64,000 nt of DNA. Origin: Acidobacteriota bacterium. GTDB lineage: Bacteria > Acidobacteriota > Terriglobia > 20CM-2-55-15. The notes below the pieces were generated by a model that made no database searches, had not been told where the DNA came from, and saw only the letters and a program-made list of their open reading frames with translations. The stretch's first letter is position 1. The number at the start of each line of letters is the position of its first letter. A program made the translations under genes and the position numbers. The stretch covers positions 33,233 to 97,232 of the forward strand of contig QHWY01000086.1 in assembly GCA_003223875.1 (NCBI GenBank), read 5' to 3'. Positions 1 through 10,415 of this stretch are shown one piece after another.

Positions 1-548
1 TCGTTTACACCCACACCGATCTGGACGGCAACTCCGATGTTTGGAAACTCGACATAAGGAACGGAAGTTCGGAACGTGTGACCGACGCGGAGGAAATCGA
101 CGTCAAACCGGACTGGTCTCCTGAAGGGCGGTCAATCGCCTTTGCTTCTGGCCGCGGTGGCGCTATTTCGATTTGGACGATCCCTGCATCGGGTGGGAAA
201 AGGCTGCGCCTGAACGATGGCGGCTACGCGCCGCGATTTTCACCGGATTCGAAATCGATCTTGTTTTGGAATAGGCAAGCATTGTGGACAATAGATGCGA
301 ACGGCCGGAATCTTCATAAGGTCGCCGCGGGTCTCACGAATCCAGTAAGTGGCGTGTGGTCGCGTAAAGGACCTGCGTTTTTCATCAACAATGAGATTCG
401 CACGGCCGATGAAAAATTGTTTGCGCTTTCAGAGCATTTGATGTGGCCTGAATTCGACGTGCTTCGCGATGGGCGATTTCTGATTGCGCCGATCGATATT
501 CGCGAAACGGGACTGTGGGCAATCGACCTGACTTATAAGGAGAATTGA
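1..548 (+). CDS. TolB-like PD40/WD40 beta-propeller repeat protein, C-terminal portion (5' end lies upstream of window)
   Basis: Frame 3 stays open from base 3. Repeated SPDG/DIW motifs (DVKPDWSPEGRSIAF, RFSPDSKSILF) are typical of TolB-type propeller blades. Confidence 0.6.
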   Translation, partial: VYTHTDLDGNSDVWKLDIRNGSSERVTDAEEIDVKPDWSPEGRSIAFASGRGGAISIWTIPASGGKRLRLNDGGYAPRFSPDSKSILFWNRQALWTIDANGRNLHKVAAGLTNPVSGVWSRKGPAFFINNEIRTADEKLFALSEHLMWPEFDVLRDGRFLIAPIDIRETGLWAIDLTYKEN

Positions 549-549
549 G

Positions 550-1299
550 ATGGAGTTCGATGGGAAAGTGGCAGTCGTTACAGGTGCCACCAGCGGAATT
601 GGAATGGCAACCGTTTTTCGTTTTGCCGAGCAAGGCGCGCGTGTCGCGGCGGTTGGAAGAAAGAAAGAGGTATTGGCGAAGGTTCAGCATCAGAACGTTC
701 GAACTTACGCAGTGGATCTGACCAATGAACAGGAAACCGCCGCCTTTGCCAGGCGTGCCCTTGACGACTTCGGAGGCGTCGACATTCTTGTCAACGCTGC
801 CGGAATCATTGCCAACGGTACGATTGAGAATACAAGCCTCGCCGATTACGACCTGATGATGAATATCAATGTACGCTCCGTCTTTCAATTGACGCAGCTA
901 GTACTGCCATCGATCATCGAACGCAAAGGCAACATCGTGAACGTTTCCAGCGTCACCGGCTTGCGCGCGTTTCCGAATGTCTTCGCCTATTGCGTCAGCA
1001 AAGCTGCCGTCGATCAGCTCACGCGGTGCGCCGCTCTGGAACTCGCTGCAAAAGGTGTGCGTGTGAATGCGATCAATCCCGGAGTCGTTCGTACCAACTT
1101 GCATCTCAACTCGGGCATGAACGCTGACAATTACGCCGCGTTCGTTGAACGAAGCAAAACGACTCATCCGCTCGGCCGTATCGGCCAGCCGGAAGAGATC
1201 GCGGATTTGATTTTGTTCCTGGCCTCGTCCAAGGCAGGTTGGATCACAGGGGTAACCTACTCGATCGACGGCGGGCGGGCACAAACCTGTGCCAGATGA
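550..1299 (+). CDS. SDR family NAD(P)-dependent oxidoreductase
   Basis: N-terminal TGATSGIGMA Rossmann motif, NAAG motif and the catalytic YCVSK (YxxxK) motif. At 249 aa it matches classical SDRs. Confidence 0.9.
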   Translation: MEFDGKVAVVTGATSGIGMATVFRFAEQGARVAAVGRKKEVLAKVQHQNVRTYAVDLTNEQETAAFARRALDDFGGVDILVNAAGIIANGTIENTSLADYDLMMNINVRSVFQLTQLVLPSIIERKGNIVNVSSVTGLRAFPNVFAYCVSKAAVDQLTRCAALELAAKGVRVNAINPGVVRTNLHLNSGMNADNYAAFVERSKTTHPLGRIGQPEEIADLILFLASSKAGWITGVTYSIDGGRAQTCAR

Positions 1300-1327
1300 A
1301 ATCAGCCACAAAAAAAGGCACAAAATT

Positions 1328-1353
1328 CACAAAAAATTTTGTTGCTTTTTGTG
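1328..1353. terminator. AT-rich inverted repeat between convergent genes (possible bidirectional terminator)
   Basis: cacaaaaaa-ttttgttgc-tttttgtg palindrome lies between the SDR stop (1299) and the minus-strand ATPase stop (1360). Confidence 0.3.
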
Positions 1354-1359
1354 ACCTTT

Positions 1360-2898
1360 TCATCCCCTGGTCGGCAACACAACTACGCGCCGCCAAGGCA
1401 CCTCGCCGCGGCTCTCGGAGCCCAAGCCGTGTTGTTCGATTAATAGATGCTGCAACCGCCGGATATGGGCGGCCTGAGGCGCAAGCTCGATCGGTTTTCC
1501 GTAGGACATCACGCGATCCACAGCTTCATTGACTTCGCTGAGGGCTTGTTCTTCTTCGTCCTGCTGATTTTCGAGGCCGAAGCTCTGCATCAGGAAAGCC
1601 TTCATCTGGCTGACCGTATTGCTTCGAATGATGGCGACTTCCAGACCAAGATCCTCCAGATCCTTCACGGTTCGCGGCTGTCGTTTTTCATGCGCTTTCA
1701 GCGTGAGAGCAATGTCGGCATCCTTCGGCGTCTTCGCAATCGTCGCAGATACCTGCAAATCGTTAATCGCACGCAGCAGCCGGTCTTTACTGACGCCGTA
1801 GGGATAAATACGTATCGTCTTGCGACCCGTCGGTTCCTGCGCGGGCCTTTCCCGTTCCCGGCGCTTGGGTACTTCGTGGATGGCCGGAGCGGCTTTCTCA
1901 ACGACTTCGTATCCGTCAGGTTTGCGCAATCGCACCTCGGGCCGCGTGGACCGGCCGCGCAAGAATGCATCAACAACAGAAGACGTATCGTGATAAACCG
2001 AGAACTCGTCGCGATTTCGAATTTCCACTAACGTATCGAAAGTCGGGGGCGCCTTCCGCTCCAAGACCGTTTTTTGGGTGCCGCGCCGCCTGGCTTCCTC
2101 GTCGCTGAGCGTGACTGCATGAATTCCTCCGAGCAAATCCGAAAGCGTTGGATTCATCAACAGATTGTCGAGCGTTTGCCCATGCGCGGTTGCGATCAAA
2201 TGCACTCCGCGTTCGGCAATGGTGCGGGCGGCTAGCGATTCGGCTTCGGTTCCGATCTCATCGATGACGATAACCTCCGGCATGTGATTTTCGACGGCTT
2301 CGATCATGACCGCGTGTTGAAGGTCCGGCCGAGGAACTTGCATCCTGCGGCTGGCTCCGATTCCCGGATGCGCGATATCGCCATCACCGCCAATCTCATT
2401 CGATGTGTCCACGATGATGACTCTTTTGATCAGTTCGGTGGAAAGCACACGCGCGCTCTCCCGAAGAAGCGTGGTTTTCCCCACGCCCGGCCGGCCCAAC
2501 AAAAGCAAGCTCTTTCCGGACTCGATCACATCGCGAAGAATGTCGACGGTTCCAAATACCGCTCGGCCCACGCGGCACGTCAATCCAACGATGATCTCGC
2601 GGCGGTTCCGGATAGCCGATATGCGGTGCAGCGTGCGTTCGATGCCGGCGCGGTTATCCTGCGTGAACGCGCCGACGCGGTGAGTCACATAGTCGAGATC
2701 TTCTCGGGTGATCGGAGAATCGGATAAATTGACGGCGCGGTTTGGAAATCGCGCTTCCGGCGGCCGGCCGAGATCCATAACGACCTCGATGAGATTCTTG
2801 AAGTCGGCTTGACGATGCAGCGCGTCTCGAATGTGGGGCGGCATGACGCGCAAAAGTAATTCGAGGTCGTCCGTGATTTCCCTGCTAGGCAAATTCAC
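1360..2898 (-). CDS. R3H domain-containing AAA ATPase (Ycf45/SpoIIIAA-like)
   Basis: Walker A motif LLLLGRPGVGKTT and a Walker B-like VIVIDEIG segment. The C-terminal region resembles an R3H nucleic-acid-binding domain. Overall length is 512 aa. Confidence 0.7.
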   Translation of the reverse strand: MNLPSREITDDLELLLRVMPPHIRDALHRQADFKNLIEVVMDLGRPPEARFPNRAVNLSDSPITREDLDYVTHRVGAFTQDNRAGIERTLHRISAIRNRREIIVGLTCRVGRAVFGTVDILRDVIESGKSLLLLGRPGVGKTTLLRESARVLSTELIKRVIIVDTSNEIGGDGDIAHPGIGASRRMQVPRPDLQHAVMIEAVENHMPEVIVIDEIGTEAESLAARTIAERGVHLIATAHGQTLDNLLMNPTLSDLLGGIHAVTLSDEEARRRGTQKTVLERKAPPTFDTLVEIRNRDEFSVYHDTSSVVDAFLRGRSTRPEVRLRKPDGYEVVEKAAPAIHEVPKRRERERPAQEPTGRKTIRIYPYGVSKDRLLRAINDLQVSATIAKTPKDADIALTLKAHEKRQPRTVKDLEDLGLEVAIIRSNTVSQMKAFLMQSFGLENQQDEEEQALSEVNEAVDRVMSYGKPIELAPQAAHIRRLQHLLIEQHGLGSESRGEVPWRRVVVLPTRG

Positions 2899-2936
2899 TT
2901 CTCCGCGGCAGGCATCGAATCTGTTACCCTGAAATC

Positions 2937-3296
2937 ATGGTAATCGAGTTACGCCAAGATCGAGATCTCGAACAACTCGTGGAGATTTCGAAAAGCAATC
3001 CGGTACTCATTTTCAAGCATAGCACGCAGTGCTCGATTAGCAGCCAAGCGTACGACGAGTTCCGTCAATTTGCCGAATCGGCCAGCGAGCTGGCCTGCGG
3101 TCTGATTCTTGTCATCGAAAACCCGGCGATATCGGATGCGATTGCCAAACGCTTCAAGGTACGTCACGAATCTCCACAGGTGATCTTTATCAAAGACGGT
3201 CGCGCAGCCTGGCACGCTTCGCATTGGTCCATAACGATCGAGTCGCTAAACGAAGCGCTGAGGCGACATGGCCAACCGGCTCATCAACGAAACTAG
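2937..3296 (+). CDS. YtxJ-like thioredoxin-fold monothiol protein (DUF2847-like)
   Basis: HSTQCSIS resembles the T-C-P-I-S motif of the YtxJ family. The protein is 119 aa and overlaps the downstream thioredoxin-domain gene by 29 bp. Confidence 0.55.
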   Translation: MVIELRQDRDLEQLVEISKSNPVLIFKHSTQCSISSQAYDEFRQFAESASELACGLILVIENPAISDAIAKRFKVRHESPQVIFIKDGRAAWHASHWSITIESLNEALRRHGQPAHQRN

Positions 3297-5283
3297 TCCG
3301 TATCTTTTGCAGCACGCTCATAATCCGGTGGATTGGTATGCCTGGAGTGCAGAGGCGCTGGAGCGCGCGGCGAAAGAAGACAAGTTGATCCTGCTGAGCA
3401 TCGGATACTCCGCCTGTCACTGGTGCCATGTGATGGAACACGAGTCCTTCGAGAACCCGTCGATCGCGCAGGTCATGAACCAGAACTTCATTAACATCAA
3501 GGTCGACCGAGAGGAACGGCCGGACCTCGACCAGATCTATATGAGCGCCGTTCAAATGATGACGGGCAGCGGCGGCTGGCCTTTGACCATCTTTCTCCTG
3601 CCGAATGGCGAGCCGATTTTTGGAGGCACATACTTTCCTCCCGAAGATCGATACAACCGGCCAGGTTTCTTGAGGGTCCTCGAAACGATCGCGGAGGCAT
3701 ACCGGACGCGACGCGGGGAAATCATGCAAAACGCCAATCGCTTGCGGGAGCATCTCACCCGCTCCACATTCCGCAAGACGCAGGACGAAACAGTCGACGC
3801 GAATTTGTTGGACAGTGCTTACCGGTCAATAGCCTCACGATTCGATTCGGGTGAAGGCGGATTTGGCAGTGCACCGAAATTTCCTCCCAGCATGAGCATT
3901 GATTTCCTGCTCCGCTATTACGATCGCACCGGCAGTGACCACACCTTGCAGATGGCGACTCTGACTCTCGATAAGATGGCCTATGGAGGCATGTACGACC
4001 AGGTTGGCGGCGGTTTTCACCGTTATTCCACCGACGATCGTTGGCTGGTTCCCCACTTTGAAAAGATGCTCTATGACAATGCCCTCCTCGTACGCGCTTA
4101 TGTGGACGCGCATCGGGTAACAGAGAAGCCCCTCTACAAACGCATCGCCGAGGAAACCCTAGACTTCGTTCTGCGCGAGATGCGCCATCCGAACGGCTCG
4201 TTCTATTCGACACAAGACGCCGACAGCGAGGGCGTCGAAGGCAAGTTCTACGTCTGGTCCTTAAAGGAATTTTCCGATGTCGTCGGTGATGACGCGGAGC
4301 TGCTCGCCAAATACTTCGGCGTCACGGAGCAGGGAAATTTCGAAAAACAAAATATTTTGAATGTCTCACGAGATCCTGAGCTGTTCAGCAAGTTGGAGAG
4401 AATACCGGCTCAACAATTCGAGACCAAAATTGAAGCCGCGAAGAAAAAGCTGTACCGCGCCCGCGAGGACCGCGTCAGGCCGGGACGGGACGAGAAAGTC
4501 CTCACGGATTGGAATGGTCTCATGCTCCGAGCATTCGCTGAAGCCGCTGCCCATTTCAATCGTCATGACTATCGCAGCGCTGCCGAGACGAATGCCGAGT
4601 TCATTTTAACCACGATGTGGGATGGCACGCGCTTGTTACACAGCTTTAAAGAGGGCCGCGCGCGCTTCAACGGCTATCTGGACGATTACGCGAATTTGGT
4701 GGATGGGCTTTTTGCGCTATACGAACTGACGTTCGATTACAAGTGGCTCGAAGCGGCAACGCAAATTTCCGATCGTATGATCCAATCGTTCTGGGACTCG
4801 GCCGACGGCGGTTTTTACTTCACCGGGGAAGATCATGAGTCGTTGATCACGCGTCCGAAAGATTTCTTTGACAATGCCACCCCATCCGGCAATTCGGTCG
4901 CTGCGGAGGCGCTGTTGAGAATAGCTGCAGTTACAGGCCGGGACGATTATCGGCGAAAGGCCGAACAGATTATTCTCAACGCGGCGGGCTTCCTAAAACA
5001 ATATGCCTCCGGATTCGGGCGCATGCTTGCGGCCGCGGACTTCTATGTCGGCCCATCGAAGGAGGTCGCAATTGTCGGCCCTCCGGACGCTTTCCTTGCC
5101 GTTCTGCGGCGGCGGTATTTTCCGCGCATTGTGATTGCGGCCGGCGACGGAGCGGATCGAGTCGCCCTGCTCCGCGACCGCCCACTGATGCATGGCAAAC
5201 CGACAGCGTACGTTTGTCAAGATTTCGCCTGTAAGCAGCCAGTCGTGGAGCTCACGGCATTCGAAGAGCAGTTGAAAGACTAG
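3268..5283 (+). CDS. Thioredoxin domain-containing protein, YyaL/DUF255 family (N-terminal thioredoxin-like domain plus six-hairpin glycosidase-like domain)
   Basis: Conserved [15 protein letters not shown]...[14 protein letters not shown] signature of DUF255 proteins. At 671 aa the size is typical. Confidence 0.9.
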   Translation: MANRLINETSPYLLQHAHNPVDWYAWSAEALERAAKEDKLILLSIGYSACHWCHVMEHESFENPSIAQVMNQNFINIKVDREERPDLDQIYMSAVQMMTGSGGWPLTIFLLPNGEPIFGGTYFPPEDRYNRPGFLRVLETIAEAYRTRRGEIMQNANRLREHLTRSTFRKTQDETVDANLLDSAYRSIASRFDSGEGGFGSAPKFPPSMSIDFLLRYYDRTGSDHTLQMATLTLDKMAYGGMYDQVGGGFHRYSTDDRWLVPHFEKMLYDNALLVRAYVDAHRVTEKPLYKRIAEETLDFVLREMRHPNGSFYSTQDADSEGVEGKFYVWSLKEFSDVVGDDAELLAKYFGVTEQGNFEKQNILNVSRDPELFSKLERIPAQQFETKIEAAKKKLYRAREDRVRPGRDEKVLTDWNGLMLRAFAEAAAHFNRHDYRSAAETNAEFILTTMWDGTRLLHSFKEGRARFNGYLDDYANLVDGLFALYELTFDYKWLEAATQISDRMIQSFWDSADGGFYFTGEDHESLITRPKDFFDNATPSGNSVAAEALLRIAAVTGRDDYRRKAEQIILNAAGFLKQYASGFGRMLAAADFYVGPSKEVAIVGPPDAFLAVLRRRYFPRIVIAAGDGADRVALLRDRPLMHGKPTAYVCQDFACKQPVVELTAFEEQLKD

Positions 5284-5328
5284 TGTTGCGTTTCATAATT
5301 ACGGTTACTCATGGTTCGGCAGAGCCGC

Positions 5329-5485
5329 ATTCCCCTCCTCGCAGAGGAGGGGAGGATGCGCCACCAATAAGATGGCGCGAAGCCACCGAAAGCGGCGCAG
5401 ACGGGTGGTCAGACCGGCACGTCCTGGATTTCGCCGAACTGACCACCCGGCGCTTCGCGCCACCCCTCCTCTGCGAGGAGGGGAA
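5329..5485. repeat. MITE family B copy (termini ATTCCCCTCCTCGCAGAGGAGGGG / CCCCTCCTCTGCGAGGAGGGGAAT)
   Basis: Both ends carry the palindromic CCCCTCCTC-GCAGA-GGAGGGG hairpin. The internal GAACTGACCACCCGGCGC is shared with copies at 27571, 39672, 47144 and 49401. Confidence 0.7.
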
Positions 5486-5578
5486 TTCGTCAAGGCAATT
5501 TTCAAACGCAACACTTGCCCCGATTTCTGAAGAAAAAATGATGTAAAAATTATAGGATGTGGCGCGAGGAGGGCTGCC

Positions 5579-6079
5579 TTGCTCATCATCGGTCTCTCGC
5601 TTTTGTTGGGACTCGCTCAGGTCTCTCAAACAGGTACCTCTCAAACAGGTACCGTGATCGGACTGGTCAAACTTCCCGGGGGCAAGCCCAGTCCGACGGC
5701 GCGCGTTGTTCTGCTTCTTCCGAAGTACACCGAACTATGGAATCGACAGGTCCAGCAGCGCCTGGACAACTACTGGGAAACCTTCAAGCCTGAGTTTGCG
5801 GTCAACAAGCAACACTTCGCGGATTTCTACAAGCTCGCTCATGCCGAGTCACTGCGCTTCGTGATTACGGTGATGCGGCGGGACCTCGGCGATGGCGCAA
5901 CGAAGTACATCAAAGAAACTGCTTCCACGGGCGAATTCCAGTTCGGTGGCATTCCGTTTGGCGCCTATCAACTGCTCGTTCAGGCAACGGCCGCCGGCGA
6001 GGACATCATCTGGTCCCCGACCGTGGACGTTCAAACAAACATTCCTATCTTCGTCGACCTAGGTCGCCCGGTTTCCTAG
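5579..6079 (+). CDS. hypothetical secreted protein
   Basis: Hydrophobic N-terminus MLIIGLSLLLGLAQVS. No recognisable catalytic motif. Confidence 0.4.
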   Translation: MLIIGLSLLLGLAQVSQTGTSQTGTVIGLVKLPGGKPSPTARVVLLLPKYTELWNRQVQQRLDNYWETFKPEFAVNKQHFADFYKLAHAESLRFVITVMRRDLGDGATKYIKETASTGEFQFGGIPFGAYQLLVQATAAGEDIIWSPTVDVQTNIPIFVDLGRPVS

Positions 6080-6131
6080 GGCACGCTGCTGCACATACGG
6101 AAGGTCATGGACAACAACCGGATTTCTAAAT

Positions 6132-7364
6132 TCATTGACGAGCAGCTGTCAATGATTGGGAGCTAGCCTCTAGCTTTTCCTGCACGAGGGCGATCTGTTT
6201 TACAAACTCCGCCTTTAGCTTGGGGTCGAGTGGAGGGGCCGGTTCACCTTTCTTCAAAGCCGGAACAGGATTGATGGGCGTGCCGTTCTTCGCCATCATG
6301 AAATGAAGGTGTGGACCGGTCGCAAGGCCGGTCTGACCGACAAGCCCAACGAGTTCTCCTTGCTTGATCGCGTGCCCTGCACGAATACCCAAAGCGATAT
6401 GCGATAGGTGCGCATACCCACTCGTAAGACCGCTCGCATGCTTGATGCGGACAAGGTTTCCATATCCCCCGTCCCAACCCGCAAATGTGACCGTTCCGTT
6501 CGCAACCGCCACAACCGGACTGCCCGCCGGCACGGCGTAGTCCGTGGCCAGGTGTGCGCGCTCTCTGCCGAGGATCGGATGCATTCTGCGATACGTAAAG
6601 CCGGAGCTGACGCGTGGCGTAAACTTCAAAGGCGACGCCAATATGGCGCGCTTCAAGGAAACGCCCTTTTCATCGTAATAAGAATCCTTGAATCTAAAGC
6701 CGCGGTAATGTCGACCGGCGTTGACCAGTTCAGCCGCCTGGACCTTCCCGTACTTTACGAACGTGCCGTCGTGCAAAAATTCGTCGATGATCAGCCGGAT
6801 CTCATCGCCAGGCTGAATCTCGGTGCTGAAATCGACCTGCCACTGGAAAATTTCGGCAAGTTCGATAGCCAGATACTCGCGCTTGGGGACTTCGTTGAGG
6901 GCTTCCCACAGCGAAGTGTGGATCTCGGCCATAATCGTTTTTTCGCGTATTTCGAGATCGAGTTTCTCGACTTTCGCTTCGTAGGAGTCCGAACCCTTTT
7001 GGACTTTGAGAACACTTTCGTCATCAATCTTGTATTCGAACGCCTTCAACGTTCCGTCGGTCTCCTTTTCAAGTCGGAACGGATTGCCGAAACGCATTTT
7101 GCGCAAATCGAAGACGGGGTGGATGAGATCGGCGACTTCGTTGGCAATCGCGACGGGAACGTCATAGTCCACTAGGGTGGCAACCAAAGTCCTATTCTTT
7201 TGAATCCTGTCTTCGACGACTTGTGTTTTTGGTATCTCGACTGGTGGAGGAGCAAGGACTGGAATGGAACCGACGTTGGATTCCCAATATTTCGGAGTCA
7301 CGGCAACCAAAACGGCCAACAGAAGACACCAAATAAACCCGATTCTACACTTATAAAATGGCAT
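6132..7364 (-). CDS. M23 family metallopeptidase (peptidoglycan DD-endopeptidase-like)
   Basis: HLATDY...GxxVxAxxxGxV...GYGNLVRIKHASGLTSGYAHL...GQTGLATGPHLHF covers the HxxxD and HxH zinc-binding motifs of LytM/M23. An N-terminal signal anchor is present. Confidence 0.9.
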   Translation of the reverse strand: MPFYKCRIGFIWCLLLAVLVAVTPKYWESNVGSIPVLAPPPVEIPKTQVVEDRIQKNRTLVATLVDYDVPVAIANEVADLIHPVFDLRKMRFGNPFRLEKETDGTLKAFEYKIDDESVLKVQKGSDSYEAKVEKLDLEIREKTIMAEIHTSLWEALNEVPKREYLAIELAEIFQWQVDFSTEIQPGDEIRLIIDEFLHDGTFVKYGKVQAAELVNAGRHYRGFRFKDSYYDEKGVSLKRAILASPLKFTPRVSSGFTYRRMHPILGRERAHLATDYAVPAGSPVVAVANGTVTFAGWDGGYGNLVRIKHASGLTSGYAHLSHIALGIRAGHAIKQGELVGLVGQTGLATGPHLHFMMAKNGTPINPVPALKKGEPAPPLDPKLKAEFVKQIALVQEKLEASSQSLTAARQ

Positions 7365-7411
7365 AAGGCCTAAGACTATAGATCAGGGTCAGCGGTCATT
7401 TGTAGGAAAAA

Positions 7412-9124
7412 TCATTCCGCCAGTAGGCGATCTAGCGTAGGCAGCGGCACGGCACTGTGCTTTAAGGAGCGCTCGTGGAAGTCCCGCAGTGAGAACCTGT
7501 TACCCCTCCTCGTTTGATAGTGATCTCGCACGGCGAGCCAGCCCTTCCAGCCCGCGAAATAGGTCGGGAGCTGGCATGACGAAAGTTGAGCCCGTTGTAG
7601 TTTCGCCGTCGCTTCTTCCTTTTCCTGATATGTGTCGTTGATCATCAGGTCGAGCGCTTGCTGATCTGTCATTCCCATGGTATGCAAGCGAACGTCCAAA
7701 ATCGTATTCGCGAGAACGCGCAACAATTGTTTCAGCCATGTGAGACGCATACCTGGATCATTATTGAGATAGCCTTGTTCCGTCATTAGTTGTTGAACGT
7801 AAACAGCCCAGCCTTCGATGTAGGGTCCGTTGCCGAACACATTCCGCAGCAACCGGCGCGATTTCGGCTGTACGTCGTTCGCGTATTCGAGCTGTACATA
7901 GTGGCCCGGCATCGCTTCATGAACAGTTAGATGCTGCAGTCCGTAGTTGTTGTACTCGCGTAACTTCGATTCAATTCGGTCCGCCGACCAATTTTTTGGT
8001 ATTGGAGTAATCCAATAAAACGCTCCCAGCTCGGGCTGAAGAGGAGGAGCGGCGTTGAATCCTCCGACTGCATAGATGCCTCGCATGAATTCCGGCGTCT
8101 CGATGACCTCGAGATTGGAGCGCGGTGGAAGAGTCACCAGATTTTTTTCATGCATGAATGCCGTTGCCTGTTGTAATGTCCTCTTCGCTTCTTCCATATA
8201 AGTTTCAGCCGTTGCGTGTTGTCTAGCGACATCGTCCAGCGCCTGTTTAGGGGTTTTCGGCGCAGCGAGCCTCTCGAGTTCGTGGCGAGTCGATTTGAGA
8301 TCCGCTTCAGCTTCGGCCAGCAACATTTCGGGAGTCTTCCCGGTGGCAAGGATGTACTCGAATTTTCGCACGTACACGTCTTTGCCCAACCTCCAATCGC
8401 TGGTCTTCTTGGACAAGACGCTGGCCAAATACGTGTTGAAATCTTTCAGCGCGGCGATGGCCCGAGTCGCAGCGCGTTCATAATCGGCCTTTTGCGGCTC
8501 AGGTACTTCGCCGCGCAAAGTCTTGTCGATAAGATCGACCGTACCGTCATTCTCTTCACGCGCGACGCGATTCCACACTTCAGGCGCGTCGAGGAGGTTT
8601 ACTCTTGCTTGTTCGAAAAGAGCCGGAACTTTCTCGAGCCGCTTAATGATGTGTTGATAGCGCCGGTCCTTGGGTGCGTATTCGAGGACATAAGGCCCGA
8701 ACAATGCATTGCCCGCCAGTTCGACGTAGACCGTCGGATTGTGTTTGTAGCTTTGGATCGTGTTCAGTTCGAGCAGCGAGAGGTTCAAATTATTCTTCAT
8801 GATTTCAAGATCCGCTCGCTGTTCTTTATCAAGCGAAGATGGATCGAGACCGCTGATGCGGCTTAGAAAACCGTCGTAAAATTTTCGCTGACTCTGGATA
8901 CCCGCCTCGCTGTAATCGTCGAGCATTTCGTCGAGTTGGAGGCCGTTGTGCTCGTGATATCCCGTCTGCGTAGCGCCGACGGGCGAAAGAGCCAGGCTGC
9001 CGTACAAGAGATCTTCAGTAAGTTTTTCGAAATCGGACGCGCCGGATGGGTTATTGGACATCGTGGTTCTGTTCGTGCTGCAACTCACAAGGACGCATAA
9101 AAGGATCGACAAGGTGCGCCGCAC
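7412..9124 (-). CDS. DUF885 family lipoprotein
   Basis: Lipoprotein-type signal (LLCVLVSCST). The conserved HEAMPGHYVQ block is characteristic of DUF885. Length 570 aa. Confidence 0.65.
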   Translation of the reverse strand: MRRTLSILLCVLVSCSTNRTTMSNNPSGASDFEKLTEDLLYGSLALSPVGATQTGYHEHNGLQLDEMLDDYSEAGIQSQRKFYDGFLSRISGLDPSSLDKEQRADLEIMKNNLNLSLLELNTIQSYKHNPTVYVELAGNALFGPYVLEYAPKDRRYQHIIKRLEKVPALFEQARVNLLDAPEVWNRVAREENDGTVDLIDKTLRGEVPEPQKADYERAATRAIAALKDFNTYLASVLSKKTSDWRLGKDVYVRKFEYILATGKTPEMLLAEAEADLKSTRHELERLAAPKTPKQALDDVARQHATAETYMEEAKRTLQQATAFMHEKNLVTLPPRSNLEVIETPEFMRGIYAVGGFNAAPPLQPELGAFYWITPIPKNWSADRIESKLREYNNYGLQHLTVHEAMPGHYVQLEYANDVQPKSRRLLRNVFGNGPYIEGWAVYVQQLMTEQGYLNNDPGMRLTWLKQLLRVLANTILDVRLHTMGMTDQQALDLMINDTYQEKEEATAKLQRAQLSSCQLPTYFAGWKGWLAVRDHYQTRRGNRFSLRDFHERSLKHSAVPLPTLDRLLAE

Positions 9125-9184
9125 GTTCGATAACCTCTCGAGTGACTTTTACCACATGCAGCCGCAGCACGCTACAATGCCCTT

Positions 9185-10243
9185 ATGAAGCTGTTGATCG
9201 CTATCCTTCTCGTGGCCGCTGGCCGGGAGCCAGTTCAGCGGGAAGAACGGCCGCCAGGCGTCGCCAATATCCTTGATGCGTTGGGTCTACTCCAGCCGGA
9301 ATCGGTGCGGTCCATCTTGCTTCTTCATTCAGGCAAGAGTCTTTTGCGTTCCAAGGCCGACGAATTGGAAACCGCTCTGCGGAAGGACCCGAATGACATC
9401 GATGACCGTTTGATGCTGATCGGTTACTACGCATCGAACGGACGCGGCGCGGCAGACCGCTTCCGTCTCCGCACTCACGTGCTGTGGATGATCGGTAACC
9501 ATCCGGAACATGCGGCGACAGCCGAACCGAGCCTGCGCGACCTGCCCGATGATCCAGAGGGTAATTCCGAAATTCTGGAGCTTTGGAAGAGAAATCTCGC
9601 GTCACACTCCAATGATCTGCCGGTGCTCAAGAATGCGGAAAAATTCTTCTTTGGAAAAAATCCCGCAGAGGCCGACCGCCTGATTCATCGTATTTCGGAG
9701 CGAGAACCGAACAACCGCGAATGGGCCGCTGAGTTGGCGAACTTATATCGGATGTTTGGAATTCCTGGGGAGAATATCGACAATCCCGGCGAAAGAGCCG
9801 TTGAAGAATACCGGCGCGTGCTGGAATTAACGAAGAATCCTGCCGCACGCGAAGCGCTGCCGGGCGAAATGGCGGATGCCGCTTTCCGTATCGGAGATTT
9901 TCCGGCGGCAGTGGAGCTGGCAAAAATTTATCTCAAGAGTTCGGATCGTCTCGCCGTGCAGCGCGCTAATACGATTCTGGGCCGCGTCGCGCTACGAACC
10001 GGTCGTTTGGCTGATGCGAAGCAGTATTTGCTCGATTCGGCGGACCCCGGAGCAGCCAAGGACATTGCCTTGTCCGGACCAACCCTTGTGCTTGCCAAAG
10101 AACTAATCGAGCAGGGGGAGCGCGACGTAGTGCTGCGTTACCTCGAGATCTGTCTAAAATTGTGGCCGCGTGGTGAGAATATCCTCCGGATTTGGATCGC
10201 GGATATCAAAACTGGGAGAACGCCGAATCTTGGAGCTCCATAA
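9185..10243 (+). CDS. hypothetical secreted alpha-helical repeat protein
   Basis: N-terminal signal peptide and helical, TPR-like composition. No diagnostic motif. Confidence 0.45.
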   Translation: MKLLIAILLVAAGREPVQREERPPGVANILDALGLLQPESVRSILLLHSGKSLLRSKADELETALRKDPNDIDDRLMLIGYYASNGRGAADRFRLRTHVLWMIGNHPEHAATAEPSLRDLPDDPEGNSEILELWKRNLASHSNDLPVLKNAEKFFFGKNPAEADRLIHRISEREPNNREWAAELANLYRMFGIPGENIDNPGERAVEEYRRVLELTKNPAAREALPGEMADAAFRIGDFPAAVELAKIYLKSSDRLAVQRANTILGRVALRTGRLADAKQYLLDSADPGAAKDIALSGPTLVLAKELIEQGERDVVLRYLEICLKLWPRGENILRIWIADIKTGRTPNLGAP

Positions 10244-10252
10244 AAAAGAAAA

Positions 10253-10282
10253 GCCTGCTGCGGGGTCCGCCCCACAGCAGGC
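10253..10282 (+). terminator. GC-rich stem-loop downstream of the 9185..10243 gene
   Basis: gcctgctg-c-gggg tccg cccc-a-cagcaggc forms a stem of 8+4 bp with a 4-nt loop, 10 bp after the stop. Confidence 0.35.
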
Positions 10283-10372
10283 AAGAATGGGTGTCAATGT
10301 CAATTGGCCCAATCGTTCGACTGAGCTTTCCGGCATAGCCTATCGCGGTGAACCGGAGATTTCAAGAAAAAA

Positions 10373-10391
10373 GATATCGCATTGCGATATC
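10373..10391. promoter_or_regulatory. Perfect 9-1-9 palindrome upstream of marR-like gene (candidate MarR operator)
   Basis: GATATCGCA-T-TGCGATATC sits 25 bp upstream of the MarR start codon. MarR regulators typically bind such palindromes and autoregulate. Confidence 0.35.
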
Positions 10392-10415
10392 CATATCGCA
10401 TCACGATAATCCATC

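Noticed and set aside
5283-5644. ORFs 5283..5546 and 5305..5589/5309..5644 encoding PPRRGG-containing peptides. Similar peptides appear at 39544..39834, 47096..47429 and in the 47414 ORF tail.
   Set aside because: These are translations of MITE family B termini (CCCCTCCTCGCAGAGGAGGGG), not genes.
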